From: Candidatus Saccharimonadota bacterium
GTDB lineage: Bacteria > Pseudomonadota > Gammaproteobacteria > Enterobacterales > Enterobacteriaceae
Assembly (NCBI GenBank): GCA_041941795.1
Contig: CP145872.1
Location: forward strand, 330,001-362,000
Direction: 5' to 3'
Length of the DNA: 32,000 nt
Position numbers and translations under genes: made by a program. Shown here piece by piece: positions 29,362 to 32,000 of this stretch; within the stretch, counting starts at the first letter, position 1; each line of letters starts with the position of its first letter. The notes under the pieces were generated by a model. That model saw nothing but the letters and a program-made list of their open reading frames with translations, made no database searches and had not been told where the DNA came from.

Positions 29362-29707
29362 CTAATTACTATTAGTAGTGAGCAAAAATTACTACCTAGG
29401 TATATAATTAATCAATTAGAAAAATTTAATTAACATTTAATTAAATTAATACCACTGGTCTCTTTTGAGAAATTATTATATTTGTCAATATACTTTTTAT
29501 TTTAATCATCCATAAAAGTTAAGATTGATATTGACCTTTATGGTTAGGAGAATAACCTGTTTAATACAATCAAAACACCATGAATAAATACTTTTTAAAA
29601 AAGTTAAAAAAATTTATTTTTTAATTATGAAAATTAGATTGGGAGAATTCTCTCTCACTAAGATACTTCTCAAGTCTCACATAAAATGTTTAAAAATCTT
29701 TAGTTCA

Positions 29708-29731
29708 ACCCCATCCAATAGTGAATGGGGT
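29708..29731 (-). terminator. Candidate terminator hairpin immediately after the yajC stop
   Basis: ACCCCATCCA-atag-TGAATGGGGT: a 10-bp stem with one C.A mismatch and a GC-rich base (CCCC/GGGG), unusual in this AT-rich context. It begins about 10 nt after the yajC stop. The downstream T-run on the minus strand is weak and displaced (ATTTTTA about 10 nt away). Confidence 0.4.
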
Positions 29732-29741
29732 AATAATTAAA

Positions 29742-30092
29742 TTATTGAATAATATTTAAAGCTTTAAGAGTTCCTTGTGGTAAAATGGCGGATATAAAAT
29801 CTCGTTTTATTATAATTTCAGTAATATTATTTAATGAGATAATAAGATATCCATTGTCACTGATTTTAGTGATCCGTCCGACTATTCCCCCCGTCGTCAT
29901 TATTTCATCATCTTTAGTAAGAGAAGCAATCATTCGGTTATGCTCTTTAATACGTTGATTTTGGGGACGTAAAATTAGAAAATAAAATATTAAGCCCATC
30001 CCTCCTAACATTAGGAGGAAGGAATAATAATTTTCTTGCAGAGTAGGAAAATGAGGAGCTGCTACTCCCTTGGAAATCAACCAATTCTTCAT
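29742..30092 (-). CDS. yajC: Sec translocon accessory subunit YajC
   Basis: Start moved to ATG 30092. The minus strand reads AAAGAGGAGtatttt-ATG, a strong SD with 6-nt spacing, giving 116 aa against ~110 aa in E. coli. GLIFYFLILRPQNQRIKEH and GGIVGRITKISDNGY...IIKRDF match E. coli YajC. The track's TTG at 30113 overlaps the SD. Confidence 0.9.
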   Translation of the reverse strand: MKNWLISKGVAAPHFPTLQENYYSFLLMLGGMGLIFYFLILRPQNQRIKEHNRMIASLTKDDEIMTTGGIVGRITKISDNGYLIISLNNITEIIIKRDFISAILPQGTLKALNIIQ

Positions 30093-30150
30093 AAAATACT
30101 CCTCTTTACTCAATATATATTATAAGAATTGTTCTTAAGTTTTTTTAAGA

Positions 30151-31272
<1,122 letters not shown>

Positions 31273-31557
31273 TTATTAATCCATTTATATTAGTTAAATA
31301 TCCTTTAATCTTCCTGAGATTAATACTTCCACTGCATAATTAAAAATTTATATTGTAAATATGTGAATTTTTTCTCTTCATTGAGAGCAATTAATAAAAA
31401 ATATTTCACTTTCAAAGTAGTGATATAAATATTAAATTAGGCATCCTCCTATAGGACTAGTAATAAATTATTAATTTTTTTTATTTCTATTCTTCTCAAA
31501 TTACGATATCATTATATCCTAATGATTTATTTATAATAGATGTTAAATGGAGTAAAT

Positions 31558-32000
31558 ATGGTACTAGTCTCTCAAAAGGCACCGGATTTTACTAGTCAAG
31601 CCATTCTAGGCACTGGTCAAATTATCGAAAATTTCAATTTTTATAAATATATTAATAATCAGAGCGCAGTCCTGTTTTTTTGGCCTATGGACTTTACGTT
31701 TGTTTGTCCTTCTGAACTTATAGCTTTTAACAAACGTTATAAGGAATTTAGGAAAAGAAATATACAAGTAATAGGAGTATCTATTGACTCTATTTTTGTC
31801 CACAGAGCCTGGCGTAATACTTCTATTAATGACGGCGGAATTGGACCAGTACAGTATGTTATGGTGTCCGATATTCAGCGAAATATTCAAAAAGAATATG
31901 GTATTGAACATCCGACAGCCGGGGTAGCGCTAAGAAGTTCTTTTTTAATTGATAAAAATGGTATAGTTCGTCATCAAATAGTTAATGATTTTCCATTAGG
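31558..32000 (+). CDS. ahpC: Typical 2-Cys peroxiredoxin (AhpC/TsaA, Prx1 type), 3'-partial (runs off the window end)
   Basis: Not in the ORF track because it has no stop in the window. My hand translation from ATG 31558 (GGAG SD at 31549-31552) gives MVLVSQKAPDFTSQAILGTGQIIENFNF...AVLFFWPMDFTFVCPSELIAFNKRYKEF...IGVSIDSIFVHRAWRNT...GVALRSSFLIDKNGIVRHQIVNDFPLG. It contains the peroxidatic-Cys motif DFTFVCP and closely resembles Helicobacter-type TsaA/AhpC. Confidence 0.9.
   Translation, partial: MVLVSQKAPDFTSQAILGTGQIIENFNFYKYINNQSAVLFFWPMDFTFVCPSELIAFNKRYKEFRKRNIQVIGVSIDSIFVHRAWRNTSINDGGIGPVQYVMVSDIQRNIQKEYGIEHPTAGVALRSSFLIDKNGIVRHQIVNDFPL

Noticed and set aside
29641-29656. GGGAGAATTCTCTC, with a perfect 10-bp palindrome GAGAATTCTC; also TCCTATAGGA at about 31446-31455.
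   Set aside because: Short loop-less palindromes are expected at this frequency in 32 kb. There is no flanking context suggesting an operator or recombination site.
29641-29700. A possible secD N-terminal remnant on the minus strand (GTG-R-L-E-K-Y-L against MLNRYPL).
   Set aside because: There are only 2-3 identities over 7 residues, followed by a stop after about 19 codons. This is not distinguishable from chance without a database search.
29627-29740. A 37-aa + strand ORF (MKIRLGEFSLTKILLKSH...) and 14-15-aa ORFs in the dapD-yajC spacer.
   Set aside because: There is no SD and no recognisable similarity. The ORF runs through the yajC terminator hairpin. Such ORFs are expected by chance.
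31606-31911. A 101-aa minus-strand ORF from the track.
   Set aside because: It is antisense to the clearly coding + strand peroxiredoxin frame (31558 to beyond 32000). The track omitted that frame only because it has no stop inside the window.

Overview
This window is an AT-rich, gene-dense stretch of a reduced gammaproteobacterial (Enterobacterales-derived) genome, consistent with an insect endosymbiont. It uses the standard genetic code, spacers are mostly under 110 bp, and I see no mobile DNA. I can support 22 intact protein genes plus one pseudogene, all recognisable by hand alignment to E. coli orthologues. On the + strand: rplJ (5' partial), rplL, rpoB, rpoC, proS. On the - strand: tilS, dnaE, fabZ, skp, bamA, rseP, a decayed cdsA, uppS, dxr, frr, pyrH, tsf, rpsB. 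Then map and dapD (+), yajC and tgt (-), and a 3'-partial AhpC/TsaA-type peroxiredoxin (+) that the ORF track missed because it runs off the window end. I found no tRNA, rRNA or other RNA genes, no CRISPR array, and no IS or phage sequence. I also found no evidence of a novel or undescribed system: this is housekeeping core genome. The points worth a second look all concern reductive evolution and expression. (1) cdsA is a full-length-sized, stop-riddled pseudogene. (2) lpxD and lpxA-lpxB-rnhB have been removed from around a retained fabZ, while bamA, skp and rseP stay intact. (3) uppS has conserved N-terminal codons upstream of its only ATG and no canonical start codon to serve them. (4) A9 homopolymers sit in the first codons of bamA, tilS and uppS. 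(5) There are a few candidate terminator or regulatory hairpins and one conserved-looking extended -10 promoter for rpsB. All synteny statements are relative to E. coli K-12 gene order from memory and refer only to this locus; missing genes may exist elsewhere in the genome.
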